From contig CAYXYF010000004.1 in assembly GCA_964469265.1 (NCBI GenBank), forward strand, positions 35,958 through 99,957: a stretch of DNA of 64,000 nt, given 5' to 3'. Source of the DNA: an uncultured Bdellovibrionales bacterium. Lineage in GTDB: Bacteria > Bdellovibrionota > Bdellovibrionia > Bdellovibrionales > JAEYZS01. This document shows positions 47,339 to 56,359 of this stretch, in pieces. A program made the translations under genes and the position numbers. The notes beneath the pieces are model-generated. The model did no database searches. It had not been told where the DNA came from and worked only from the letters and a program-made list of their open reading frames with translations. Positions within the stretch are counted from its first letter, which is position 1. Each line of letters opens with the position of its first letter.

Positions 47339-48547
47339 ATGTTTGAATTTTCACAAATCACGAGAAAAAATTCCACAGTTCCCAACGTTAACGGGGCTTA
47401 TGAATCTGTACTGCAAGAGATGCCTGGCTTTGTAAGGGTTCTAGAAGACGAAACCCTTTTAAAAAACTGTATACAAAGAGCCAATGAAGTACGCAAAGAT
47501 TTTGACCAGTTAGTTGTCTTAGGAATTGGCGGGAGTTCTCTTGGTGCAAAGGCCATAGTCGATGCATTTGATTGCTCAGAGAAGGTACTATTCTTTGAAA
47601 ACTTGGATTCATTTGCTTTTGATAGAAGGTTAAGTCGATTAAAAAAGCTTCAGCGAATTCACTGGGTCGCGATTTCAAAAAGCGGCACTACGATTGAAAC
47701 TTTAACCCAGCTTCAGTTTATTGATCAGCACTATAAAGATAATAACTTAAATCTCGCTGCTCAAATGACAGTCGTTACCGAGATGAAGCCAAGTCCTTTA
47801 TTTGATTTCGCTAAAGAAAATAACATTTCTATCTTGGAAATTCCGTTGGATGTGGGTGGACGTTTTTCAGTATTAACGGCAGTGGGACTTTTTCCAGCTG
47901 TATTTGCGGGATTAAATGCAGATGATTTTATTGAAGGTGCAAAAGAAGCTCTTTTACATAAAGAACAGCTAGAAGAGTTTTGTGCTCAGATGTTGATGAG
48001 CTTTGATAATAAAGAATGGATCACTGTTTTTTGGTCGTACTCAGAATCTTTAAAGACTTTTGCGCATTGGTTTCAGCAACTTTGGGCGGAGAGCTTAGCA
48101 AAAAAGGTTACCCTTGATTCTAAACCCGCGCCAAGAGTCAGTAGCCCCATGGTCATGTTAGGTTCAAATGATCAGCACTCGATGCTTCAGCAGGTCATGG
48201 ATGGGGCGCGTGATAAGTTTATAATTTTCTTAAGCTCGGAGCGCGAAGAGACCTCAGGTTCAAAGTTAAAAAATGTTTTATTCCCGAATTATACGTTCCT
48301 TCAAAACAAAAGCATGGGACTTGTTTATGAGGCTCAATGTATTGGAACTCAAAAGGCATTAAAAGAGCAAGGCGTGCATTCTGCCACACTGCGCTTAACA
48401 AAATTTGATGAAAAGGAATTAGGGGCAATGTTCTTTTTCTTTGAAGTGGCTGTCGCAATGCTTGGTAAAATCCATAATATTGATACCTACAATCAACCTG
48501 GCGTAGAACTGTCTAAGAAACTCACTTTAGCCCAACTTAAAGTCTAG
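47339..48547 (+). CDS. pgi: Glucose-6-phosphate isomerase (short bacterial type)
   Basis: VVLGIGGSSLG, AISKSGTTIET and GGRFSVLTAVGL motifs. Confidence 0.85.
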   Translation: MFEFSQITRKNSTVPNVNGAYESVLQEMPGFVRVLEDETLLKNCIQRANEVRKDFDQLVVLGIGGSSLGAKAIVDAFDCSEKVLFFENLDSFAFDRRLSRLKKLQRIHWVAISKSGTTIETLTQLQFIDQHYKDNNLNLAAQMTVVTEMKPSPLFDFAKENNISILEIPLDVGGRFSVLTAVGLFPAVFAGLNADDFIEGAKEALLHKEQLEEFCAQMLMSFDNKEWITVFWSYSESLKTFAHWFQQLWAESLAKKVTLDSKPAPRVSSPMVMLGSNDQHSMLQQVMDGARDKFIIFLSSEREETSGSKLKNVLFPNYTFLQNKSMGLVYEAQCIGTQKALKEQGVHSATLRLTKFDEKELGAMFFFFEVAVAMLGKIHNIDTYNQPGVELSKKLTLAQLKV

Positions 48548-48604
48548 ACTGGGCGATTGCTTTTTGCATAGACCCTGTTCAAGAAACTCGGTAAGATAAA
48601 CTTT

Positions 48605-49525
48605 ATGTCAGCAGATGAAGAAAGCGGCGAAAAGACGAGCGTCGTATCCAGTGAAACTTTTAAAATTAGAATGTCGGAAGCAAGAAATGCTCCGCCCGCT
48701 CTGGTTTTGTTGATGGGGCCTCCTGCGCTTATCGGAAAACAATGGTCCATTGAAAAATCCGAGTATACGATTGGTCGAAGTCCTGATAGCCAAATTTTTG
48801 TAGAAGACCGAAGTGTTTCGAAGCGACATGCAAAGGTGAAATTAGAGGGTGGCGATGTTTATATTGTGGATATCGGCTCTACAAACGGAACGGAAGTTTC
48901 TAACGAGAGAATCCCGCCAGATTCTCTACGAAAGCTTGCAAACAACGAACAGATTAAAGTTGGAAGCGTTATCTTTAAATTCCTTGAACAAGGAAATATT
49001 GAAACCGTTTCCGCACGTTCGACGTTTGATAAAACACAAATTGATCCCTTAACTCAAATTTTTAACAAGGGTGCTTTGCTTTCACAAGGTGAAGAAGTTT
49101 TTAAAAAGGCAAAGATCGCACAGATGTCTTTGTCAGTTATTGTTTTTGATTTAGATAACTTTAAGAAACTAAACGATACCTATGGCCACCAAGCTGGTGA
49201 TTATGTCTTAAAAGAAATGGCCGAGGCTGTTTCGTCTAAACTCATCCGTAAAGGTGACTTCTTTGCACGGTTTGGCGGCGAAGAGTTTTGCCTCATATTG
49301 CTTGGAAGTAATTTGCAAAAAGGCATTGAGGTCGCAGAGCGTATCCGTGCGACAATTGAAAGCCATCCGTTCGTCTACAAAGATCAAAAATTGACCGTTA
49401 CAGTCTCAGCAGGTGTTGCATGTTTAGAGGGGGCAATGCAATCTTGGAATGAGCTTTTTGAAAAAGCAGATCAGGCCTCTTACGAATCGAAGAAAAATGG
49501 TAAAAACCGAGTCTCGACAATTTGA
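48605..49525 (+). CDS. FHA-domain diguanylate cyclase (Bdellovibrio DgcB-type architecture)
   Basis: The FHA region reads YTIGRSPDSQIFVEDRSVSKRHAKV...VDIGSTNGTEV. The GGDEF domain has DLDNFKKLNDTYGHQAGDYVL, the I-site RKGD and the active site GGEEF. Confidence 0.85.
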   Translation: MSADEESGEKTSVVSSETFKIRMSEARNAPPALVLLMGPPALIGKQWSIEKSEYTIGRSPDSQIFVEDRSVSKRHAKVKLEGGDVYIVDIGSTNGTEVSNERIPPDSLRKLANNEQIKVGSVIFKFLEQGNIETVSARSTFDKTQIDPLTQIFNKGALLSQGEEVFKKAKIAQMSLSVIVFDLDNFKKLNDTYGHQAGDYVLKEMAEAVSSKLIRKGDFFARFGGEEFCLILLGSNLQKGIEVAERIRATIESHPFVYKDQKLTVTVSAGVACLEGAMQSWNELFEKADQASYESKKNGKNRVSTI

Positions 49526-50495
49526 ATTTCCACATTTCCTAGAGATCAAGATAGAGCAATTTTTAAAGGCGCTTGGACTATCGTTGCTCGATGACAGGAA
49601 AATTGCAGCAGCAGTACAGCAAATGTCTGACTTCTACATCGAAAACCCAGATGGTTCCACCCCTTGGAATGAAAAGTGGGCTCAGGTTGCTCAGGCTGCT
49701 TATTACTTCCCATTAAATTATTTGCGTGCCCAAGCGGTGATCGACGAAGCGGTACGCGTGAAGTTCTTTACAGATATTAATTCTTTTTGTGAAGTAGGAA
49801 GTGGCTTGGGTGCACTCACGGCTCACCTTAGTGAGAATGTTTCTAAAGGTTACAGTATTGAGGTCGCCGCAACTGCTATTGAGATTTATAAAAGACTATT
49901 TCCAGAATCTCATCTCAACTTTCTTACCAAGAGCTTAGACAAACCTGTGGATCTTTTTGCGTTTTCATATGTGCTAACGGAGCTTCCTGGAATTCCCAGA
50001 GCGGCTTACGAATCAGAAGCGATTTTAGTCATCGAGCCTTCGACCCAGTCTGATGGCAGAAGGCTTATGGAATTAAGACAAGACCTTATTGCGCGCGGTT
50101 ACCAAATGTGGGCGCCTTGCACACATCAACTGGGCTGTCCGCTTCTTCTTCATTCGAAGAGAGACTGGTGCCATGATCGTATTCATTTAAAAATGCCAGA
50201 CTGGTTTTTAAACATTGAAAAGCATTTGAAATTTAAAAACAGGACCGTGACCTTCTCATACCTACTTGCGAGAAAAACCAGCCCAGAGACTTCGCTCAAC
50301 AAGGGGCGGATCGTTGGAGATATGTTAAAAGAAAAAGGAAAAACGCGAATTATGATTTGTCGACAAGACGAACGCGAATTCCTTAGTTGGTTAAAAAAGG
50401 ATAAGTTCGATATTGAACTTCATCGGGGAGACCTTTTAGACCTTGACTTGCCTTTTGACAAAAAGTCCTCAGAGCTGAGGCTTCGGAAGAAGTAG
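49497..50495 (+). CDS. Rsm22-like SAM-dependent methyltransferase
   Basis: SAM motif I-like EVGSGLGALT and the C-terminal Cys/His cluster CTHQLGCPLL...WCHD, as in Rsm22-family proteins. Start chosen at ATG 49497, which overlaps the upstream gene by 29 nt. Confidence 0.5.
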   Translation: MVKTESRQFEFPHFLEIKIEQFLKALGLSLLDDRKIAAAVQQMSDFYIENPDGSTPWNEKWAQVAQAAYYFPLNYLRAQAVIDEAVRVKFFTDINSFCEVGSGLGALTAHLSENVSKGYSIEVAATAIEIYKRLFPESHLNFLTKSLDKPVDLFAFSYVLTELPGIPRAAYESEAILVIEPSTQSDGRRLMELRQDLIARGYQMWAPCTHQLGCPLLLHSKRDWCHDRIHLKMPDWFLNIEKHLKFKNRTVTFSYLLARKTSPETSLNKGRIVGDMLKEKGKTRIMICRQDEREFLSWLKKDKFDIELHRGDLLDLDLPFDKKSSELRLRKK

Positions 50496-50612
50496 GGCCC
50501 TCATTTTTTGTCGCTGTTTAAACCTTCGACATCTCTAAGGTCAAAATTTTGTTTTACCGCCGTTGGCATGTTTGCATAGTAGGTAAGGGCATACGTGTGC
50601 GAGGTTGATAAA

Positions 50613-51485
50613 ATGACCATAGAATATCTTATTGGAATTGCTATTCTGCTACAGGCTTCATCGGGCTTTGCGGCTTCTTTAACGGGTACGGTGACTACAA
50701 GTGATGGATTGCTGTTTAACCTTAAACTAACGGCGCCAGAGCTCCAAGCCGAATACGCCATTAAAGGCGATTACTTTAATACCGTAAAATTCTTTGAGCA
50801 AATCCAAGATTATGGATCCATCAGAGTTACTCGCACCATAAACAAAGAAACTCATGAGCTAAAAAATAGTTTGCGAATATATGATCCAAAATATAGAGAA
50901 TTTAAATTGCTTAACGCCTACAACGGCGGTGCGATGACAAATAAGTCCGTTGCAGGAAAGTTGGCGGACTTAAATTTTTCAGGCGCTTATCAAGTATTTA
51001 AAGATCAGGCTTATAATGCAACTTTACTACTTGGTCTTTGGGTAGATGGCGTGCGATCCAGCGGGACATTAACGAAGATAACTGACGGCTATGTGCTGAT
51101 ATCAGAAAGAGGTCGTTTCGGTGATTTTAAAATCACTCCTACGACTAAACAAAAAACCATTGTCCAAGAAACAGGTGGCAGCTCCCAACTTGTTCGTAAA
51201 AACATAGCTAAAGCGGTAACTCGTGTAGAGCAAAAAAATATTTTGAGTTTTAACTTCGATCAGCTTCTTGTTGAAGGAAAGATGATCTGCAAATCGTTGC
51301 AGACCGAGAACTCTTTATTTAAAAGAGCTACCCCAATAAGAGTGAGCGAACTGGAAAACTGTGCACTTGATCTTGAAATCAGCCCAAAGGATTCGTCTTC
51401 AAGAATCACAGACAAAGAAATCCGAGGCCTTCTGGCTTATCTTCAGTTCTTTATTCCGTCCCTTATTCCTGATTACCAACAATAA
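50613..51485 (+). CDS. Exported hypothetical protein
   Basis: Start set at MTIEYLIGIAILLQASSGFA (RBS GAGG). Signal peptide present. No family recognised. Confidence 0.5.
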   Translation: MTIEYLIGIAILLQASSGFAASLTGTVTTSDGLLFNLKLTAPELQAEYAIKGDYFNTVKFFEQIQDYGSIRVTRTINKETHELKNSLRIYDPKYREFKLLNAYNGGAMTNKSVAGKLADLNFSGAYQVFKDQAYNATLLLGLWVDGVRSSGTLTKITDGYVLISERGRFGDFKITPTTKQKTIVQETGGSSQLVRKNIAKAVTRVEQKNILSFNFDQLLVEGKMICKSLQTENSLFKRATPIRVSELENCALDLEISPKDSSSRITDKEIRGLLAYLQFFIPSLIPDYQQ

Positions 51486-51712
51486 ATATCGCCGCGGGGG
51501 ACGGAGCGGCTTGATGAAATGATTTTATAAGTCTCATAAGAGGTTATTAAAGCATTGATATTACGTGCTTTTTGCCTAATCTGTAAAAAATCGTCAGGAC
51601 TATTAAAAAAATATTTTTTTTATTAACCTAAGTCTGGGTCAAAGGCGTCCTATCACCGGCAGGCACATTGCCTTAGGAGCCTTAACTGGAACGTTAAAAG
51701 AGGGGGGAATCA

Positions 51713-52327
51713 ATGGATATATCAGATGGGGTGCTAGTTGAAAGTGCCAAATCTGGGGATAGTAAAGCGTTTTCCAGCTTAGTTATAAAACATCAAAAGA
51801 GTCTTCTTAGATTATGTATGCGGTTTACTTGTTCTCAAGATTTAGCAGAAGATATCGTGCAAGATACTTTTGTAAAGGCATTTAGAAGGCTATCGACTTT
51901 TGAGGGGCGGTCCTCTTTTAAGAGTTGGTTATTTACGATAGCAATAAATACGGCAAAAAATAAACTACGGTCAGCAAAGGAGACCACAAGCATCGATAAC
52001 ATTCAGATATCGGTGGGAAGCATGTCACTTGACCGATTAGAAGGGCAACACGTCAGAGACTTAATAAAAGATTTTGTCGATGCCCTTCCTGAAAAACAAA
52101 AGTTAGCGCTCACACTGCGTGTGTACGATGACTTAAGTTTTAAGGAAATTGCAGAGATCATGGAGTGCCCATATGACACTGCAAAGGCAAACTACAGACA
52201 TGGGCTAATGAGTATTAAGAAAAACATTGAGAAAAGAAATCTCACTGAACAAATTAAAGAAGAAACTAACAGCGCTGAGTTCGAGGCTGTGTACGGCATG
52301 GCTCAGTTAAGAGGAGTAGAAATATGA
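51713..52327 (+). CDS. ECF-type RNA polymerase sigma factor
   Basis: Region 2 DIVQDTFVKAFR...SFKSWLFTIAIN and region 4 LTLRVYDDLSFKEIAEIMECPYDTAKANYRHGL. Confidence 0.85.
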   Translation: MDISDGVLVESAKSGDSKAFSSLVIKHQKSLLRLCMRFTCSQDLAEDIVQDTFVKAFRRLSTFEGRSSFKSWLFTIAINTAKNKLRSAKETTSIDNIQISVGSMSLDRLEGQHVRDLIKDFVDALPEKQKLALTLRVYDDLSFKEIAEIMECPYDTAKANYRHGLMSIKKNIEKRNLTEQIKEETNSAEFEAVYGMAQLRGVEI

Positions 52328-52572
52328 ATACTAAATTAGAAGAATACTTACTAGATTTTGTTGAAAACGAACTTTCCGCCAATGAGGCAGAAGGTGTAGC
52401 CAGAGAAGTCGCCGCCTCGGCGACGCTCAGGGCAGAGGTGGCCGCCTTAGAAGCCGTAAGAGCTGAAATAAAGAACACTCAAGACCACCGAATAATCGAA
52501 AACACAGACTTAAGTCGATTACATGATCGAATTATGCTCCAGATTGAGAATGCGACACGCGATATACCGTAA
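52324..52572 (+). CDS. Putative anti-sigma factor (short, soluble, Cys-less)
   Basis: 82 aa with a 4-nt overlap onto the sigma gene. The N-terminus LEEYLLDFVENELSANEAEGVAREV follows the anti-sigma domain pattern. The His/Cys zinc ligands and a TM segment are absent. Confidence 0.5.
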   Translation: MNTKLEEYLLDFVENELSANEAEGVAREVAASATLRAEVAALEAVRAEIKNTQDHRIIENTDLSRLHDRIMLQIENATRDIP

Positions 52573-52632
52573 GAAGTCCGCCAAAAATTAAATTTCATAC
52601 TCAATTAAACAACCAATATCCCGATAACTAAG

Positions 52633-52665
52633 ACGAAGGTTCAGCAAGACCTTCGTTTTGTTTTT
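52633..52665 (+). terminator. Rho-independent terminator after the sigma / anti-sigma operon
   Basis: Stem ACGAAGGT (52633-52640) / ACCTTCGT (52649-52656), followed by TTTGTTTTT. Confidence 0.7.
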
Positions 52666-52736
52666 CTGGCATTTGATCTCGTTAATAACCGAAGGGTGAA
52701 CTGATGAAGTCAAAGTTTAGAGAGAGGGAGGATTAC

Positions 52737-52967
52737 ATGTTTAAGTTTTTCGCAGCGTTAATCGTTATGGGAGCGGTGTCAGTGGCTTGCGCATCGGAGT
52801 CAAAACTGTCCATTGAGATTCCAAAAAATCCAGAAGAGGATAAAAGAGGAGTAGCTCAAGTCCAAGAGGTAGAGCGCCCAGAATCTTTAAAATACGAAAG
52901 TGAGGCTGCCAAGGATCACCGAGAGTATCAAAACTTCATCAACAGACACTATAATCGATTCCGTTAA
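52737..52967 (+). CDS. Small lipoprotein/exported protein
   Basis: Start set at ATG 52737 (RBS GGGAGG). MFKFFAALIVMGAVSVAC has a lipobox-like VAC. Acidic mature part. Confidence 0.5.
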   Translation: MFKFFAALIVMGAVSVACASESKLSIEIPKNPEEDKRGVAQVQEVERPESLKYESEAAKDHREYQNFINRHYNRFR

Positions 52968-53986
52968 TCTTTAGTGAGCATCAAAAGATCTTTGTTTGGA
53001 TCTTTTGAGCTCTCAAGCGTTTTCATTTCTTGCACGAAAGACTTTAAACTTTCATGCCTCGCATAGACCTTCTCAAATTTTGAAAGATCATTAACGTAGG
53101 TTTTAAACCCTAACAGAATTGCATTGTTAAGATCCATCTTTCCAAAGAATTCATAACTCTTCGTTTTGAATTTCAGCTTTTGAAATCGCTCTTGAATTGC
53201 TAAGAGCCTCTCTTCTTTTTCTTTTGCGCCTACTTTCCCTTTGCGTTCCTTATACCATTGTTCCAAAGATTTAACTTCGGCGGAAATAAACTCAGAGAAA
53301 ATGTCTTCATCGTCGTTCTTCATTTTGATTCGTTTTAACTTTTCAGAGTTTACGCCCTCGGTTTTTGTATAGAAAAGCTCGGTTCCCTTATTTCCTATGA
53401 ATGTCGCAAGCTGCTCATTAAAGTCAGCAGAACTTTTGATATAAAGCGTGGTGTGAACGGTCTCGTGAATAATTAAATTAACAAGATCGTCTTTTTCATA
53501 GCTCAACATAGAGGAGAGAACGGGATCTCGGAACCAACCTAGGGTGCTGTACGCTCGAACTCCTCTTGTAAATGTGTCAAAGCCTTCGCTTGAAAATTTT
53601 AGTGCCTCCTTTTTTGCATCCTCAGGAGAGAAGAATCCTTTATATGGAACTTTTCCCACGATAGGGAAACTCCAATAGCGGTACTTTAGCTCATAGGGGT
53701 ACGCCACATGGACGATATAGGAAACAAACGGACGATCGAGTTTGACAAACGTCGTATAGTTAGAAGACTTCTCTAAGCCTAATTCACCTTCTGCAAAGGC
53801 CTTTGCTTTTTGTACGAGTTTTAATTTTTCTTTTTCTTCTGGGTTTAATTCTTCTGATTCTTGAATGAACTTCTCAATGGGTTGCTGGCGCTTAATAAGT
53901 AAAGCTTGGTGATAACCTGACTTCAGTAAGTAGTTAATCTGACATCCAGATAATAATACGAGCAGGATGGAGTAGAGAAGGTTCAT
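52964..53986 (-). CDS. Predicted zinc aminopeptidase lipoprotein (PF10023-like)
   Basis: Lipobox LLSGC and the HExxH motif IIHETVHTTLY. Its size and layout match the putative aminopeptidase family. Confidence 0.6.
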   Translation of the reverse strand: MNLLYSILLVLLSGCQINYLLKSGYHQALLIKRQQPIEKFIQESEELNPEEKEKLKLVQKAKAFAEGELGLEKSSNYTTFVKLDRPFVSYIVHVAYPYELKYRYWSFPIVGKVPYKGFFSPEDAKKEALKFSSEGFDTFTRGVRAYSTLGWFRDPVLSSMLSYEKDDLVNLIIHETVHTTLYIKSSADFNEQLATFIGNKGTELFYTKTEGVNSEKLKRIKMKNDDEDIFSEFISAEVKSLEQWYKERKGKVGAKEKEERLLAIQERFQKLKFKTKSYEFFGKMDLNNAILLGFKTYVNDLSKFEKVYARHESLKSFVQEMKTLESSKDPNKDLLMLTKD

Positions 53987-54105
53987 GTTGTTTATATTAG
54001 CTTTGAATTTAGTAAAATGCAGTTGGCATCTTTTTCCTCAGCGTTTCGTCTAGGTCATTGGGCTTTCTAGCTTCGAGATTCGGAAGGATTTGATATGATT
54101 GAACT

Positions 54106-54651
54106 ATGAAAAGCGCGCTACTGTTTCTTACATTCTTTGCTATGTCACTGCCATCTTTTGCGGGATACTTTGAGATCGGTGCGTCTGGGAGTTATCGTAA
54201 AACTTCCTACGATCAAAATAACTATTCCGTTTATCGCAGCGGGACAGGCTCTATTGCTTATTACTTTTGGGAAATGTCGGCTCTTGAATTAAATTACACA
54301 AAAGCTCGATCTGATGAAATCAAAGCTGAATATCAAGCACGGTCCTATGTAACATTTTATGGTGCGGATTTGATTTTTAGCATGGCTTCAAGAAAATCGC
54401 TTTTTCAACCGTACATCAAGGTGGGTGCTGCATATCAAGACAAAAAGTCTTCTTATAAGCAAGCTGGTAGTAGTGTCGTTCACTTTCCGCAAGTGAAGGG
54501 GTGGGCTCCATCTGGAGGAGTGGGTTTTAAATTTATAATTGGTAAACACATTGCAATTAAAGCTGGAGTAGACGCTTGGTCTTCTCCTTTAAGTCAAGAC
54601 AAGGTCACATACGACTACGCTGGACGACTTGGCCTATCACTGCTGTTCTGA
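54106..54651 (+). CDS. Outer-membrane beta-barrel protein (small OMP)
   Basis: Signal peptide, alternating amphipathic strands, and a C-terminal ...RLGLSLLF ending in Phe. Confidence 0.65.
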   Translation: MKSALLFLTFFAMSLPSFAGYFEIGASGSYRKTSYDQNNYSVYRSGTGSIAYYFWEMSALELNYTKARSDEIKAEYQARSYVTFYGADLIFSMASRKSLFQPYIKVGAAYQDKKSSYKQAGSSVVHFPQVKGWAPSGGVGFKFIIGKHIAIKAGVDAWSSPLSQDKVTYDYAGRLGLSLLF

Positions 54652-54733
54652 TATACTTCTTTTGTTTCAAAGCTTAAATCATACTGTTTCTAATCTTTTT
54701 TCAGATTAGAGATATTAGAAATCAGGAGGTAAT

Positions 54734-55390
54734 ATGAGTAAAAAGGTCGCAGTGATTTTATCAGGATGCGGACACATGGATGGAACAGAGATCACCGAAG
54801 CTGTTTCATGTTTAATCAGCTTAGCTCAGTACAACTTACAATACGAATGTTTTGCTCCGTCTGTTGAGTTCAGTGAAGTTGATCACCTTACTAAAGAAGA
54901 AACGGGTAAAAAACGAAACGTGCTCAGCGAGTCTGGGCGTATCGCAAGAGGAAAAATTAAACCTTTGTCAGACCTCAATGTGCAAGACTTTGATGGTTTA
55001 GTTATGCCAGGGGGTTACGGTGCTGCAAAAAATCTTTCCACGTTTGCTACACAAGGCTCTGAAGGCTCCGTTCAAGAGAACGTCGCATCTGCGATTGCAA
55101 AATTTCATGAGTCTTCAAAGCCTATAATGGCAGTGTGTATCGCTCCTGCCGTTATAGCTCTTGCTTTAGGTAAAAAGGGCGTCAATGTAACAATTGGAAA
55201 TGACGAAGGCACCTCACAAGAAATTAAAAAAACAGGTGCCGAGCACACTAACTGTGAAGCTGTAGATTTTATCGTGGACAGAGAAAACAAAGTCATCTCA
55301 ACTCCAGCGTACATGTATGACAGCGCAACTCCATATCATGTCTTCACAGGAATCCAAAAGGCAGTCCAAAAACTCAGCGAATTGGTTTAA
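54734..55390 (+). CDS. elbB: ElbB-type DJ-1/PfpI family protein (glyoxalase III-like)
   Basis: KKVAVILSGCGHMDGTEITEAV...DGLVMPGGYGAAKNL...AVCIAP is the ElbB pattern. Confidence 0.7.
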   Translation: MSKKVAVILSGCGHMDGTEITEAVSCLISLAQYNLQYECFAPSVEFSEVDHLTKEETGKKRNVLSESGRIARGKIKPLSDLNVQDFDGLVMPGGYGAAKNLSTFATQGSEGSVQENVASAIAKFHESSKPIMAVCIAPAVIALALGKKGVNVTIGNDEGTSQEIKKTGAEHTNCEAVDFIVDRENKVISTPAYMYDSATPYHVFTGIQKAVQKLSELV

Positions 55391-55398
55391 AAAATTAA

Positions 55399-55422
55399 GT
55401 GGCTATTTTTAAGAATAGCCGC
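55399..55422. terminator. Hairpin between convergent elbB and the tonB-like gene (possible bidirectional terminator)
   Basis: Stem GTGGCTATT / AATAGCCGC (one G:U pair) with a 6-nt loop. The flanking A/T runs are weak. Confidence 0.35.
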
Positions 55423-55437
55423 AATCGTCTGAAGCCG

Positions 55438-56229
55438 TTAGTTGGCGAGGCGGGGACGTCGGGTGTGAACTGTGAATTCGCCCTGGATTCTGACCGTTTT
55501 ATCTTTTCCGATCATTCCTGTTGGTGGGTTGAGATAAGGTGCTGCATTTTCAAGTGCGGCTTGAACGGCGTTGTCTAATTCAAATGAACCTGATGAGTTT
55601 ACGATAATTATATCTCTAAAGTGTCCTTCGGAATCGAGGATCAGCTCGACTCTAGTTTTCCATGCAAGCTTTTGTCTGAGCTTTTCACGCATGTGCGGAA
55701 ATAATGCAATGTCATCGACGTTGTTTCCCCAGTTCCAGACAATCTTAGGAGTAATGCGATTATAAAATGAAGCGTACGTTGAAAAATCAGAATTTAAAAA
55801 AGTCATCTCGCCGCGAGCAAGGTTTGGAACCTGAAAGTTCACAGACGATTGTCGTTCTTCTCGGGAAACTGCAGTGTTGGTTGTAGGAAAAAAGTTTGGT
55901 CCTGCGCCGTCGTTTGAGACTTCGGGGGCGGGCTGCTGTGCAACCTGTGCTCTTCTGTTTTGAAAAGTTCCTAGGTTTTCTGCAATAGTTTCTTTTTCAA
56001 ACCGTTGTTGTTGCTCTGAGAAAAACCTTGAGGTGTTGTCAGGTTCAGAAGGCTCTTTTTTTGAGGCTTCCGATGGAACAAACGTTTTAGGGTTATCTTC
56101 AAAAACGACCTCAATGATATCTGCGCGCTCAAAGAGGTCCTCGGTTGCAAATAATGTGAGGGCGCCAGACACGGCCAAGTGAATGAAAACGCTTAAACCT
56201 AAAATGCGTATATCAAATTTGTAATCCAT
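55438..56229 (-). CDS. TonB-like energy transducer family protein
   Basis: N-terminal TM anchor, a central Pro/Gln-rich linker, and a C-terminal pattern (VELILDSEGHFRDIIIVNSSGSFELDNAVQAAL) resembling the TonB C-terminal domain. Confidence 0.55.
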   Translation of the reverse strand: MDYKFDIRILGLSVFIHLAVSGALTLFATEDLFERADIIEVVFEDNPKTFVPSEASKKEPSEPDNTSRFFSEQQQRFEKETIAENLGTFQNRRAQVAQQPAPEVSNDGAGPNFFPTTNTAVSREERQSSVNFQVPNLARGEMTFLNSDFSTYASFYNRITPKIVWNWGNNVDDIALFPHMREKLRQKLAWKTRVELILDSEGHFRDIIIVNSSGSFELDNAVQAALENAAPYLNPPTGMIGKDKTVRIQGEFTVHTRRPRLAN

Positions 56230-56359
56230 CCTATTAACTCTTAGGTCTCCCTTTGAAACATATCTGGACTGAAGTTTAGCTCAAGTTGAGACGGTTCTGG
56301 TCCGATAAGAGAGATATATCAGATTTCATCGGGGGATGAAAAGACTTTTGGGGGGATGA

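Noticed and set aside
50563-50577. TTGGCATGTTTGCAT upstream of gene 50613, resembling sigma-54 boxes.
   Set aside because: The GG and GC elements are only 7 nt apart, which is too short for a -24/-12 promoter.
50501-50761. 86-aa minus-strand ORF spanning the gap between the Rsm22-like gene and gene 50613.
   Set aside because: It overlaps the better-supported plus-strand gene with signal peptide and RBS, and has no RBS or recognisable features of its own.
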